Of a stretch of 54,768 nucleotides of DNA, positions 17,383 to 27,765 are shown in pieces; the stretch's first letter is position 1; each line of letters starts with the position of its first letter. Made by a program: the position numbers and the translations under genes. The notes below the pieces were generated by a model. It did no database searches, was not told where the DNA came from, and saw only the letters and a program-made list of their open reading frames with translations. The stretch comes from Minisyncoccota bacterium (lineage in GTDB: Bacteria > Patescibacteriota > Minisyncoccia > Phycocordibacterales > UBA6899): contig DALYED010000004.1 in the NCBI GenBank assembly GCA_031972735.1, forward strand, positions 7,284 to 62,051. The letters run 5' to 3'.

Positions 17383-19446
17383 TTATTTACGACTGCGCCT
17401 ATCCCCTTTTGGACCAATTGATTCACCCTTTAAAAGCTTAATTTCGTCACGTAATAATGCTGCAGTTTCAAAATCAAGCTCTTTTACTGCGAGCATCATT
17501 TGCTTTTCCTTTTGCCTGATTACTTTCTCAGGATTTTTTTCAAATGATTTCTTGTCGAGTAGCATCATTTCATAGAGTGTCTTATCATGCACCGTTGTAA
17601 GTTGTTCGGTGATATCATTTATCTTCTTTTTGATTGAAACTGGAGTTATTCCGTGTTCAGTATTGTAAGCTATTTGAATTGCTCGTCTTCGATTTGTTTC
17701 ACTAATAGCTTTTGTGAGAGAATTTGTCATCACATCAGCATATAAAAGTACACGCCCTGATATGTTGCGAGCTGCACGCCCAATTGTTTGAATAAGTGAA
17801 GTTTCAGAGCGCAAGAATCCTTCCTTATCTGCATCAAGAATTGCAACAAGCGAAACTTCAGGCAAATCAAGCCCTTCACGAAGTAGATTGACGCCCACTA
17901 GGCAATCAAATGTACCTTTGCGAAATTCGGTGAGAATCTTTATTCGGTCCATTGTCTTGACATCACTGTGCAAATATTCACTCTTCACACCTTTTTCTTT
18001 AAGATAAGTTGAGAGATCTTCTGCCATTTTTTTTGTGAGCGTTGTCACGATAACACGCTCGTTCTTTTTGACCGTCTTAATGGTCTCGTCAATAAAATCC
18101 TGTACTTGTCCTTTATATGCATCGCCACCTTTACCTGTAGATTCTCGCTCAACTACCCCCCTCACAATCATTTCAGGGTCAATCAAACCTGTTGGGCGAA
18201 TAACCTGCTCTACGACCTGTTCACTCACTTCACGCTCAAAATCTGCCGGGGTAGCAGAGGTAAACAAGACCTGGCCTACACGTTTCTCCCATTCTTGAAA
18301 AGTAAGTGGTCGATTGTCACGTGCTGAAGGTAATCTAAACCCATGTTCAATCAGTGTATTTTTGCGAGACTGATCACCAGCATACATCGCACGCACTTGT
18401 GGCACAGAAACATGCGACTCATCTATTATCGTCAAAAAATCTGGAGTTCCATCTGCTTTGTGTGGAAAATATGAAATAAGCGTCTCTGGTGGTTCCCCAG
18501 CTTTCTTCCCAGAAAAATGGCGAGAATAATTTTCAATACCACTACAATATCCCACTTCATCAATCATGGTAATATCGTATTTTGTACGTCGTTTCAATCG
18601 TTCAGCTTCAAGTACTTTTCCTTGAGAAGCAAACACACGTAATTGTTCATCAAGTTCGATTTGAATATCTAGTACTGCACGTTTGCGCTCATCTTCACCT
18701 GTAACAAAATGTTTTGCAGGAAAGAAGAATGCATGCGCCTCATGACTAACAATTGAGCGTGAAATTGGATCTATCTTTGTTATTGTAGCAATAGTAGAAC
18801 CCTCAAACGAAACTTGATATATCATCAACTCGCCTGTTGGCATAATCTCAAGTGTATTACCTGTTGCACGAAATGTTCCTGGTTTGAGATCTGCATTAGT
18901 GCGATCAAAGTAAACACTGACAAGTCTTCGAATAATATCATTGCGGACAATCTTATCACCAACAGAAATCTTAATATTCACTTTTAGATACTCATCAGGT
19001 GAACCAAGACCGTAAATACACGAAACCGAAGCAACGATGATTACATCTTTTCGTGAGAGAAGTGCCTGCGTTGATGCGTGGCGAAGTCGATCAATCTCTT
19101 CATTGATTTGCGCATCCTTTTCAATGTATGTATCTGTTGTTGGGAGATATGCTTCTGGCTGGTAATAATCGTAATATGAGACAAAATAATGCACTGCATT
19201 ATCTGGGAAAAACATACGATACTCTTGGGCGAGTTGTGCAGCAAGTGTCTTATTGTGTGCAATAACAAGTGTAGGCTTATCAAGATTTGCTATCACATTT
19301 GCAGCAGTGAATGTCTTTCCTGAGCCTGTTACACCAAGCAGAGTTTGATAGCGTAAACCACGCTGAAATCCTTCTGTAAGCGCGTGTATTGCCTTTGGTT
19401 GATCTCCAGCAGGTTCCCAGTCACTCTTCAGCTTGAAATTACTCAT
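17383..19446 (-). CDS. uvrB: Excinuclease ABC subunit B
   Basis: MSNFKLKSDWEPAGDQPKAI...LLGVTGSGKTFT, with helicase motifs and a C-terminal UVR domain (EKQMMLAVKELDFETAALLRDEI). The start was chosen at ATG 19446, by analogy with canonical UvrB N-termini; the ORF track extends to 19476. Confidence 0.93.
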   Translation of the reverse strand: MSNFKLKSDWEPAGDQPKAIHALTEGFQRGLRYQTLLGVTGSGKTFTAANVIANLDKPTLVIAHNKTLAAQLAQEYRMFFPDNAVHYFVSYYDYYQPEAYLPTTDTYIEKDAQINEEIDRLRHASTQALLSRKDVIIVASVSCIYGLGSPDEYLKVNIKISVGDKIVRNDIIRRLVSVYFDRTNADLKPGTFRATGNTLEIMPTGELMIYQVSFEGSTIATITKIDPISRSIVSHEAHAFFFPAKHFVTGEDERKRAVLDIQIELDEQLRVFASQGKVLEAERLKRRTKYDITMIDEVGYCSGIENYSRHFSGKKAGEPPETLISYFPHKADGTPDFLTIIDESHVSVPQVRAMYAGDQSRKNTLIEHGFRLPSARDNRPLTFQEWEKRVGQVLFTSATPADFEREVSEQVVEQVIRPTGLIDPEMIVRGVVERESTGKGGDAYKGQVQDFIDETIKTVKKNERVIVTTLTKKMAEDLSTYLKEKGVKSEYLHSDVKTMDRIKILTEFRKGTFDCLVGVNLLREGLDLPEVSLVAILDADKEGFLRSETSLIQTIGRAARNISGRVLLYADVMTNSLTKAISETNRRRAIQIAYNTEHGITPVSIKKKINDITEQLTTVHDKTLYEMMLLDKKSFEKNPEKVIRQKEKQMMLAVKELDFETAALLRDEIKLLKGESIGPKGDRRSRK

Positions 19447-19450
19447 ATTA

Positions 19451-20653
19451 TTAAACTTCTTTATAGTAGTCGCCAAGCGTTTTTTCTTTCAGAGCTTCAT
19501 AGGTACCATTGAGTAATGACGCGCGAATTCGAGCAACAAGATTTACCGCAAAATACAGATTATGGATTGAACCGAGTGCAGCTCCAAGCATCTCTTCTTC
19601 CCGGAATAAATGTGCAATATACGCACGTGTGTAATGTGTACACGCATAGCAAGCACACCCTTCTTCAACTGGAGTGAAATCATTAACAAACTTTGCATTA
19701 TTGATATTCATACGACCATCCTTGGTGTAGAGTGAGCCATTTCTCCCCAATCGAGTTGGTGACACGCAATCAAAGGTGTCTACTCCAGCTTCAATTCCAT
19801 AGAAAAAATCAATCGGTTCACCAATTCCAAGCAAATGACGTGGTTTATCTTCTGGGAGTATGGAGTTAACCCAATGTACTGCTGTTGCAATGTCATTTTT
19901 ACCAAATGAACCGCCAATTCCGAATCCATCAAAATCCATCGCTCCAATAGTGCGCGCAGCTTCTTCGCGTAAATCTTGATACATACCACCTTGAATAACT
20001 CCGTAGAGTGCTTGGTCACCTCCGAGTCGCTTATGTTCAGCAAGTGATCGTTCTGCCCATGCATGAGTACGATCGAGTGAAATTTTTTGCTTCTCATGTG
20101 GCTGAGTTGGTGAAGTGCATTCATCGAATGCAACGATAATGTCTGCCCCAATATTATGCTGGATTTGAATGGAACGTTCTGGAGTAAATCGGTGTAATGA
20201 TCCATCTTTGTGTGAACGAAAAGTAACGCCATTGTCATCGATTTTTGCCAATTGATTGTGGTCAGTATCTGTATCTTCGTGATGCTCTTCTTCTTTTGCG
20301 ATTTTACCAATTCCCTTCCCATATGCGACTCCGAGGGAAAATACTTGGAATCCACCAGAATCAGTAAATGTTGGTCCATCCCAGTCCATAAATTTACCAA
20401 GTCCACCTGCTTGCTTTACAAGCTCATCTCCTGGGGCAAGATAGAGATGGTACGTATTTGATAGCACAATCTGGGCACCTATTGATTTGACCTGCTCCAT
20501 TGTAAGAGATTTTACGGTAGCTTTTGTACCAACAACAATAAACGCAGGAGTTTGTATATCTCCATGTGGTGTGTGAATAGTTCCGACACGTGCGAGTGAG
20601 TCAGGAATCTTCTTTTCGATGGTAAAACCAAATTTTTTGCTATGTTGCTTCAT
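19451..20653 (-). CDS. tgt: tRNA-guanine transglycosylase (queuine tRNA-ribosyltransferase)
   Basis: HTPHGDIQTPAFIVVGT, TDSGGFQVFSL, DKPRHLLGIGEP, FDCVSPTR, and the zinc motif CACYACTHYTRAYIAHL. The start was chosen at ATG 20653 (MKQHSKKF...); the ORF track extends to 20713. Confidence 0.9.
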   Translation of the reverse strand: MKQHSKKFGFTIEKKIPDSLARVGTIHTPHGDIQTPAFIVVGTKATVKSLTMEQVKSIGAQIVLSNTYHLYLAPGDELVKQAGGLGKFMDWDGPTFTDSGGFQVFSLGVAYGKGIGKIAKEEEHHEDTDTDHNQLAKIDDNGVTFRSHKDGSLHRFTPERSIQIQHNIGADIIVAFDECTSPTQPHEKQKISLDRTHAWAERSLAEHKRLGGDQALYGVIQGGMYQDLREEAARTIGAMDFDGFGIGGSFGKNDIATAVHWVNSILPEDKPRHLLGIGEPIDFFYGIEAGVDTFDCVSPTRLGRNGSLYTKDGRMNINNAKFVNDFTPVEEGCACYACTHYTRAYIAHLFREEEMLGAALGSIHNLYFAVNLVARIRASLLNGTYEALKEKTLGDYYKEV

Positions 20654-20734
20654 TTGGATGACTATAGCATGCATTTTGGTAAGAAAAAACCGAGTACAGG
20701 ACAAAGTCTCCATACTCGGAATAATACTGCAACA

Positions 20735-22120
20735 TCAAGACTTTTTCGTAATATCCTGAAGTCCACGTCTTACATCAAATCGACCAACTTCACTGTCGAC
20801 ATGAAGTCGAAGTCCATAACCCCCAAGCATGGTCTTCAGCTCGTTTGCAATTTGATGCGCTCGCACTTGAAGTGTTGGATGAACAAAACGTGTTGCTCGT
20901 AGCTCTGCTAAATACACCAGTGCTGGGATGTCTCCAGTAATTCGTATCGGCACACGGTACCCCATTGGGAGGTAGTATTGCATTACTTCCTTGGGTACAT
21001 CTCGATCACGAAGCATAACCATATATCTCAAGCTCTGTTTAAGCAAAAGCTCTGCCTCTATATGCACATCTTTAGGAAGCTCAGCAAGATACCATTTCTC
21101 GAACCCATGTCGGACTGTCAAAAGTGGCATTCGCTGTGAGACAGCGCGTTGACGCTGTACATCACGAAATGAACCAAAGTCGAGCAGAAAGCGAAACTGC
21201 ATTGTCCCTAATTCTGCTGCGATTTTTGGGACTTCAGTTTTTGGTGGGCGCTTCGCAAAGATATTTTGCCAGACAGGGTTTGCATCAAGTTCTTCATACG
21301 CAACATCATCACGTTGCAGTGCAAAATCAGGGCAAGTGGGATCCGTAAAGTAATAATAATTCCTTACCCACTCTGTGTTGTAATTTTCAGTTTCTTCATA
21401 ACGCTTTCCAGAAAATGAACTTGGATATGCTTCAATGAGTACTTTTTCAAATGCGCTCGCAATATCTCTCACTTCTCCAAGTACGTGGTGTCGCAACAAC
21501 ATAAGCTTATCTGCCGCCTGCCTAAGATTTGTGTGCCAAGAAACACTTGTTGTAGCGCCTGCAGGAAGAAATCCTCTTAAGATATCAAATGCGCGTGCAT
21601 GAATTGCTTTTTCATACCCTACTTCACTTGAACCTTTTGGAAAACGCACATGAAGACTAGAAACTACTTTTGGAAGTGCGTAGACATAAAATGATCTAAA
21701 TTTTTCAAGATAGATTCTTGATGACTCAGTACTTACAGGATCTTCAAACTTAGCAACTGAGAAATCAACATACCTTGTTGAGACTTCTTGACCTGCGTAA
21801 AGCATCCAATCTTGTACTGCTTTCGCAGCGAGCATTGAAATGCCTTCAGCAAATAGCGTAATAGAGCCACAATCGCCGATCGACTTATGGCCGTACCCGA
21901 CATAGTAGTTGGACATGAACTTTTCAGGTCCTTTTATGGCAATTTCCTTGAGATGTTCATGGACACTTGCTGGACTCCGAGAATACAATGCCTGAAGCAT
22001 TGCATCTGCCTCAGGAGTGATTACCGCTCCTGTATCTAAAAGGAGGACAAACCCTCCATTTTCAAGACTTGCGGTAGAGTGACGAAGTGTAGTAAACCGC
22101 GACTGCTGGGCATTGTCCAT
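20735..22120 (-). CDS. ThyX-like (FAD-dependent thymidylate synthase fold) tandem-duplicated protein
   Basis: 461 aa with two ThyX-like halves. The first reads YGHKSIGDCGSITLFAEGISMLAAKAV...STRYV and FLPAGATTSVSWHTNLRQAADKLMLLR. The second reads FRDVQRQRAVSQRM and MGYRVPIRITGDIPALVYLAELR. An AGGAGAA Shine-Dalgarno lies upstream. Confidence 0.5.
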   Translation of the reverse strand: MDNAQQSRFTTLRHSTASLENGGFVLLLDTGAVITPEADAMLQALYSRSPASVHEHLKEIAIKGPEKFMSNYYVGYGHKSIGDCGSITLFAEGISMLAAKAVQDWMLYAGQEVSTRYVDFSVAKFEDPVSTESSRIYLEKFRSFYVYALPKVVSSLHVRFPKGSSEVGYEKAIHARAFDILRGFLPAGATTSVSWHTNLRQAADKLMLLRHHVLGEVRDIASAFEKVLIEAYPSSFSGKRYEETENYNTEWVRNYYYFTDPTCPDFALQRDDVAYEELDANPVWQNIFAKRPPKTEVPKIAAELGTMQFRFLLDFGSFRDVQRQRAVSQRMPLLTVRHGFEKWYLAELPKDVHIEAELLLKQSLRYMVMLRDRDVPKEVMQYYLPMGYRVPIRITGDIPALVYLAELRATRFVHPTLQVRAHQIANELKTMLGGYGLRLHVDSEVGRFDVRRGLQDITKKS

Positions 22121-22214
22121 TTATGTTCTCCTGTGAGTTGGTTGTAATGAGCTGCCAAACTCAAGTCTATGCGAAAACAGTAAGTTGTCTAGCTTCTTAT
22201 TTATGAGAATAGCT

Positions 22215-23081
22215 TTATTGTGCACCTCGCAACTTAATGAACGCAAGAGCACCATAGAGCCCACCAATATCACCAAGTGAAGAATGAACTATACGAGGAA
22301 GTGATGGATAGATACGCAAAATTCCACCAAGATGAGCTCTTACTCGCTCAACGGGAATTCCAATTTCTTTCATCATTGAGCCACCGAGTACTACGACATC
22401 AGGTGACCAATGGACAATTGTATTGCTTAGTCCATATGCAAGTAGCCTTGCTATTTCATCCCAAAATTTTTCATCAGTTATTTCATATGGCTTTTTTCCA
22501 TACCGAGCAGTGATTGCTGATCCAGAAATATACCCTTCGAGATCAAGTCCTGTTCCCCCAACTCCATCTTTATGAAAACCTCCACTTGCATCAAAAATCT
22601 GATGCCCAGGTTCAAAGCCCATTGCTGAGACATCAATATTTCCATTGACAATTCTTACACCTCCAACTCCAGTTGAAATTGTAATATACGCAACTATCTC
22701 ATGCCCCTTACCTGCACCATATACAGCTTCGCCAAGACCGACAACCGCTGCGTCATTTGCGAGGGATGCCTCTGTTGAAAGTGCTGTTTCAATTGCATAT
22801 TTCACATTTTTCCCATTCCAACCAGGAAGATGTGGTGATTTCAGTAGCACTGCTTTATCTCGCGAAAATACCCCAGCTACATCGCCTGCTGCATAATCTA
22901 TTTTTTCGCCACGCGTTAGCTCGTAAGAAATTTGCTTTAACTGTGCGATTGCTGTGTCAAAATCTTTCGGAGTATCAACTATGCGGGGATCATTAAATGT
23001 TTCACCGTCATGAGAAACAGCTATCCGAGTTTTTGTTCCACCAATATCAAATAGTATGTAGTTCATAAAATATTTATGCAT
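22215..23081 (-). CDS. ROK-family sugar kinase (glucokinase-like)
   Basis: 288 aa with ILFDIGGTKTRIAV at the N-terminus and ISTGVGGVRIV. It lies adjacent to pgi. Confidence 0.75.
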   Translation of the reverse strand: MHKYFMNYILFDIGGTKTRIAVSHDGETFNDPRIVDTPKDFDTAIAQLKQISYELTRGEKIDYAAGDVAGVFSRDKAVLLKSPHLPGWNGKNVKYAIETALSTEASLANDAAVVGLGEAVYGAGKGHEIVAYITISTGVGGVRIVNGNIDVSAMGFEPGHQIFDASGGFHKDGVGGTGLDLEGYISGSAITARYGKKPYEITDEKFWDEIARLLAYGLSNTIVHWSPDVVVLGGSMMKEIGIPVERVRAHLGGILRIYPSLPRIVHSSLGDIGGLYGALAFIKLRGAQ

Positions 23082-24375
23082 TCAAAATATCCCTCATTAT
23101 TTTTTTATAGTCCTCAACGTTAGGCTGATCAAATGCATCGACATGCATAAGTTCAGCAAGGTACATCACTGCAATCATTTGCCACTCCATAAACATACCT
23201 ATTGAATATGCTGACACATCAGGAAGCACCACTTCGCCATATGGAAGCTTGTGTTGATTGTATGCATGAATTACTCCCCCATATACCGCTGACATGATTT
23301 GGTCTGGTGATTTACCAATAAGACCAGGAATAAGTGAGGTGAGTAGCCCATTATTTGGTATCGCAAGCTTTGACGGAGTACGCACGTATGTGAGTAATGT
23401 GAACTTATCCATAGGTCCACCAAAATAAAGCTGTGCAACAGAGTGTAAGTCTGTTGAACCGATTGAGACAATGGGAGTTATTCCTGCATGGATAACCTTT
23501 CCGCTTTTATCATGCTCTTTTCCTAATGACTCAGCATAGAGCTGTCTCGCCCATTTCCCTAGTGATTCAAGTTCGGGATTAAAGAAAAAGAAATTACACA
23601 TCGACACACCCTCATGCATTGACTTAAATATTGTCTCAGCAAGACGCTGGGCATGATTGATTCTATTGAAGTTACTATTGAGCATATCTTTTGCACCTAA
23701 AAGAAGTTCACGAATATCAATGCCCGCCATTGCAAGTGGGAACAGCCCTACCGGAGAAAATACAGAGTAGCGACCACCAATAAGAGCGGGTATCGCAAGC
23801 AGTCCTAATTCTTCTTTTTGTGCTTTATTCCAAAGTGGTGATCCAATATCAGTAGTAACAACAATGCGACTCTTTATATTCGGGAATCGCTTATGTAAGT
23901 ATGAATATATCAATTCAAAGTTTGCAATACTCTCTGTTGTTGCACCTGACTTACTAATGAGGTTGATGATGATTTCGTCAGGGTATGTTACTTCAAGTTC
24001 AAGTACGCGCTCGATATCTTGTAATAACTTTGTTGAAACAGTATCGAGAAAAATAAGTTGAGGATAGCTTTCGTGCACCCCATCACGCTCACGGCGTAAT
24101 GCATCATAGATAGCCTGTGTTCCAAGATTTGACCCACCAATGCCAACAACTATTATGTAACGAAGTGACGTATTGAAATAGCGTTCAATAACTTTTTGTA
24201 TATCAGCGAGCATCACCACATCTTCAGGAAGCCTTATTGCATGCTCGTGATTTTCATAGACTCCAGTTTTTAATGAAGCAATATGTTTGAGTGTGTCAGT
24301 ATACTCTGCGATGCGAGCAGGGATATGTGGTCCTTTGCCAATATTGTTGAAAATAAAATCTAGGTGTTGTTTCAT
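23074..24375 (-). CDS. pgi: Glucose-6-phosphate isomerase
   Basis: 433 aa with VVGIGGSNLGTQAIYDAL, ISKSGATTES, GGRYSVFSPVGL and DQPNVE. Confidence 0.88.
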   Translation of the reverse strand: MKQHLDFIFNNIGKGPHIPARIAEYTDTLKHIASLKTGVYENHEHAIRLPEDVVMLADIQKVIERYFNTSLRYIIVVGIGGSNLGTQAIYDALRRERDGVHESYPQLIFLDTVSTKLLQDIERVLELEVTYPDEIIINLISKSGATTESIANFELIYSYLHKRFPNIKSRIVVTTDIGSPLWNKAQKEELGLLAIPALIGGRYSVFSPVGLFPLAMAGIDIRELLLGAKDMLNSNFNRINHAQRLAETIFKSMHEGVSMCNFFFFNPELESLGKWARQLYAESLGKEHDKSGKVIHAGITPIVSIGSTDLHSVAQLYFGGPMDKFTLLTYVRTPSKLAIPNNGLLTSLIPGLIGKSPDQIMSAVYGGVIHAYNQHKLPYGEVVLPDVSAYSIGMFMEWQMIAVMYLAELMHVDAFDQPNVEDYKKIMRDILNA

Positions 24376-26348
24376 AGTGGTGGAATTTCAGTGATACCAA
24401 GTTCACCGAGCCTGCGCATATACATTATGACGGTACGAATATACTCTGCATGACTCCAAGTAAGCGGTGCTGCAGAAATCTGACCACCTGTGTATGGGTT
24501 TAATTGCTCTGACATGACTCCTGAACGCAATGCATTATGTTCAACCCAATTAAGATCTGCTCGGACCTGATCGAGATCATGATCATTTTTTGCTAGTGCA
24601 ATTGCATACTGCGTGTACCAGAGCGTTGTAATAAACCATGGGTTACCAGGTTGATCAGTTCCAGTTTGGAAATAATGATCATTTTCATAGCGTGCAATTC
24701 CTCCAACTGGAGTTGTTACGGTGAGACGATCTTTCGTCAGCTTCATTGCATGCTTAAGTCGCTCATCTTCAGGTGGTAGTACCCCAAAAATAAACACCCC
24801 ATATGCACTTGAGGAATCAATCGTGCGGTCATATACAGTCATACCTCGTGGATCAATAATCAGTGAGCGATAAAAGCTTCCGTCCTCAATGTTATAGAGA
24901 TGTTTAATGATCGCCTCGCGCATATCTTCCGCAATGCGCTCAAAATTATGCTCACTTCTTTCTTTGCCAAGCAACTCAGCAAAACGCGCGGCTGCCTTTA
25001 GCCCTGCATATACTGATGCAGCCGTATAGGTATGAACACCGAATTTCTCTTCCCAGAGGTTGTAAGAAGGTTTCGGGAGTCCTGAGTACGGATCACGATA
25101 TGATGTGAGAAATATAGCTGCTTTATTGATAAAAGAATCATATATTGACTCAATAAAATCTATATCTTTTGAAACAAGCCAATGTTCCCATAGTGCCCAC
25201 AAGATAAGCGCAGTTTCATCTTCCTGAATTGGTAATTCCGGTTTTCCATTTACGAGCCAACCATGCCAAGATGATCCAAGTGAACCATCGGCACGGTATT
25301 TATGCATCAAGTACCCATCTTCAGTTATTGCTTTATTACAAAATAAGAAAAACTGACGAGCACTGTGCCTGTCACCTATCCAATCCAGCACTGTTGCGAC
25401 AATTGCAGAATCTCTTGGCCAAACATAGGCATATGTATCTCTACCACCTTGAAGCATATCTGAATCCCCAGATGCAATGACACCTCCATGTCGATCGATA
25501 TGCGAGCGAAGCAAAAATTGAGATCGCTTAAATAGGCTGATGAGCGTGTCCCCAAGTCCGTAAAAATTCCAATTATTACGCTCAACCCATGCATACCAAT
25601 AATCTCGAGACGATTTCATTATTCCGTCAGGAGAATGAAGTAGCACGTACTGATTGAGATGTTTAACTTCTTCAATAGAGTGACCGACAGTGAGCCAGTA
25701 ATGAAAAGTATCGACACCAAGTGCTCCTATGTATAATGTGATGCCAATCGTTGAGTCAACTCGACCATGCTCAATTGAATTTTTTGCAAGAACTCCATCC
25801 TCTGCATCGCGATATGTACCCTCTTTGCCTTCAATTTCAAAAATTCCAACAGTATAATCATCAAATCCCTTTCCTGCATGAAGCGCATTCATTAAAAAAG
25901 CGCGTCGCCCTTCATAGTGTATGACAGTATTTGTCATGGGGTCGTAAAAAGCAGTATCAAGATTTTCTGAGTGATATATCTCATACTGATGATTAAAGAA
26001 AATACGAACTTCACGCTCTCGTTCAGCCATATTTTGAACCTTAATTTTGCGCAAAAAAATGTTTCGCTCATTATCAAGCACATCAGTGAAATGGAGCTCG
26101 ACCTCAAGACGAGCGGAGTGAAGACTCGTAATACCAGTATTTGCAATATCAGTATGTGTTTCAATATTCCATGAGTTATCGTCAGTCCAAGAGAACTTCC
26201 CTTCTACCCAGACTCCTATTTTGTGGGCATAGTGACCTCCAATATGATTTTCGAGTCCAACATAAGGAAAATACAAATCTCGCACCATTCCATACTTATC
26301 AGTAGTGATGAGTGTCGATCCATTTCCAAATGCAAGGGACTTCGGCAT
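24372..26348 (-). CDS. Glycoside hydrolase family 15 (glucoamylase/glucodextranase-like)
   Basis: 658 aa with YAYVWPRDSAIVA, EDETALILWAL and the SEQLNPYTGGQISAAPLTWSHAEYI C-terminal block. Confidence 0.85.
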   Translation of the reverse strand: MPKSLAFGNGSTLITTDKYGMVRDLYFPYVGLENHIGGHYAHKIGVWVEGKFSWTDDNSWNIETHTDIANTGITSLHSARLEVELHFTDVLDNERNIFLRKIKVQNMAEREREVRIFFNHQYEIYHSENLDTAFYDPMTNTVIHYEGRRAFLMNALHAGKGFDDYTVGIFEIEGKEGTYRDAEDGVLAKNSIEHGRVDSTIGITLYIGALGVDTFHYWLTVGHSIEEVKHLNQYVLLHSPDGIMKSSRDYWYAWVERNNWNFYGLGDTLISLFKRSQFLLRSHIDRHGGVIASGDSDMLQGGRDTYAYVWPRDSAIVATVLDWIGDRHSARQFFLFCNKAITEDGYLMHKYRADGSLGSSWHGWLVNGKPELPIQEDETALILWALWEHWLVSKDIDFIESIYDSFINKAAIFLTSYRDPYSGLPKPSYNLWEEKFGVHTYTAASVYAGLKAAARFAELLGKERSEHNFERIAEDMREAIIKHLYNIEDGSFYRSLIIDPRGMTVYDRTIDSSSAYGVFIFGVLPPEDERLKHAMKLTKDRLTVTTPVGGIARYENDHYFQTGTDQPGNPWFITTLWYTQYAIALAKNDHDLDQVRADLNWVEHNALRSGVMSEQLNPYTGGQISAAPLTWSHAEYIRTVIMYMRRLGELGITEIPPL

Positions 26349-26387
26349 GACAATAGTATAACAGATTGAAAGAACAAATTTGAAGAT

Positions 26388-27716
26388 TTATTTCTTTTTT
26401 GCTGTGGTTATTTTTTTCTTATGAGGTGAAGTAACTTTTTTCACAACTTTCTTTACAACTTTTTTTACCTTGGTATGGGTGAGAGTAGTTTTTTTTACAG
26501 ATAATTTCCTCTTTGGTAATTCTCCTTGCTTTAATCGTAAGCGCAAATCATGCAGAACATTATTGAATGCAATAAATGCTTCGTATGGAGTATCGTAAGG
26601 ATTAAAATATTTATGAACATCCCCATCCGCAAACCATTTCGTACACATGTAGTAATAGTGGTCAGATGTTTGAAGTTTTCTCCAATCTTCGATAATTTCA
26701 GGATTTTTTGAAGCCATAACTTCCTGTTCAAGTGCATAAATATTTTGAATTGCCTCATGTTGCATGCTATTTGAAAGCCATGCAGACAAATCTCGTTCTA
26801 CGTCAGCCCACGAGACAAAATTATGTGCGTCAAATTCACCAACTACTGGATATCTCTTCGCAGCCTCTGTGACTGTCACAAAGTCATTGTCAGGATTTTT
26901 AAGAATCTCAGCGGGTAGCGCTTTCATGAATTCAAAAATTCCCGTATCCTCCCACTGATGTTCACCAAACGTTTCATAATCCATGAACAAATTTATGACA
27001 TTTCCGTTACCGTTTACTGCATTTACCCAATCAGCAAATTTTTCTGACTTCAGAGGCCATTCAGCCCAATCACGGGATGAAAAACGAAATGCAATATCAT
27101 CAGAAAGTTTATAATTTTTCAGCAATGTTTTAATTTTTGAAGTACCTGGTGAGTGATAAAGAAAATTTGGACTTCTCCATCCAAGGATATGATCTGCACC
27201 TTCGGCAAGAATTGCTTTATACCCCATATCTTCAACAATCTTTGCGAGCTCATTATTGTATATAAGTTCTGTATTTCGAAATGCCGTTGGTACCACTCCA
27301 AAAAGTTTTTGAACCTTTTCGCGGTGCATTTCAACTTGTCTCTTAAATTCATCTTTAGAATACAGATATGACAGGGAGTGATAGTACGTTTCATCAAGTA
27401 CCTCTACTTGACCTGTCCCAACGAGCTTTTGGAAAGATTTGAGCGTCTCAGGTGAAAATTCCTGAAGCTGATCAAGAAATACCCCAGAGAATGAGAATGA
27501 GAATTTAAATTCAGGATGCTTTTTTAGTAATTCAAGCAACACTGCATTCATTGGCAAGTAACACTTTCTTGCTACTTTGTGAAGAATTTTCTCATTATTA
27601 ATATCCTTATCACTTTTATCATTAAAATATTCATGATCTTGCCCTACATCAAAAATACGATACTTTTTCGTACGATATGGCTGGTGAACTTGGAAGTAAA
27701 AACAAACGGAGGGCAT
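26388..27716 (-). CDS. Glycoside hydrolase family 57 (alpha-amylase/branching-enzyme-like) with a Lys-rich C-terminal tail
   Basis: 442 aa with CFYFQVHQPYR at the N-terminus and DYETFGEHQWE. The C-terminus reads KKTTLTHTKVKKVVKKVVKKVTSPHKKKITTAKKK. Confidence 0.75.
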   Translation of the reverse strand: MPSVCFYFQVHQPYRTKKYRIFDVGQDHEYFNDKSDKDINNEKILHKVARKCYLPMNAVLLELLKKHPEFKFSFSFSGVFLDQLQEFSPETLKSFQKLVGTGQVEVLDETYYHSLSYLYSKDEFKRQVEMHREKVQKLFGVVPTAFRNTELIYNNELAKIVEDMGYKAILAEGADHILGWRSPNFLYHSPGTSKIKTLLKNYKLSDDIAFRFSSRDWAEWPLKSEKFADWVNAVNGNGNVINLFMDYETFGEHQWEDTGIFEFMKALPAEILKNPDNDFVTVTEAAKRYPVVGEFDAHNFVSWADVERDLSAWLSNSMQHEAIQNIYALEQEVMASKNPEIIEDWRKLQTSDHYYYMCTKWFADGDVHKYFNPYDTPYEAFIAFNNVLHDLRLRLKQGELPKRKLSVKKTTLTHTKVKKVVKKVVKKVTSPHKKKITTAKKK

Positions 27717-27765
27717 ATGAGAATATATTAGAAGTTAATAGTAGGTGAGAAATATATTACTGATC

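Noticed and set aside
19451-20713. The Tgt homologue as a DpdA-like DNA-modifying transglycosylase, given the nearby ThyX-like gene
   Set aside because: The protein has the full bacterial tRNA-Tgt motif set, including the CxCxxC...H zinc site, and a typical N-terminus. It differs only by a short acidic insertion, and no dpdB/dpdC or preQ0 synthesis genes are adjacent. It is annotated as ordinary tgt.
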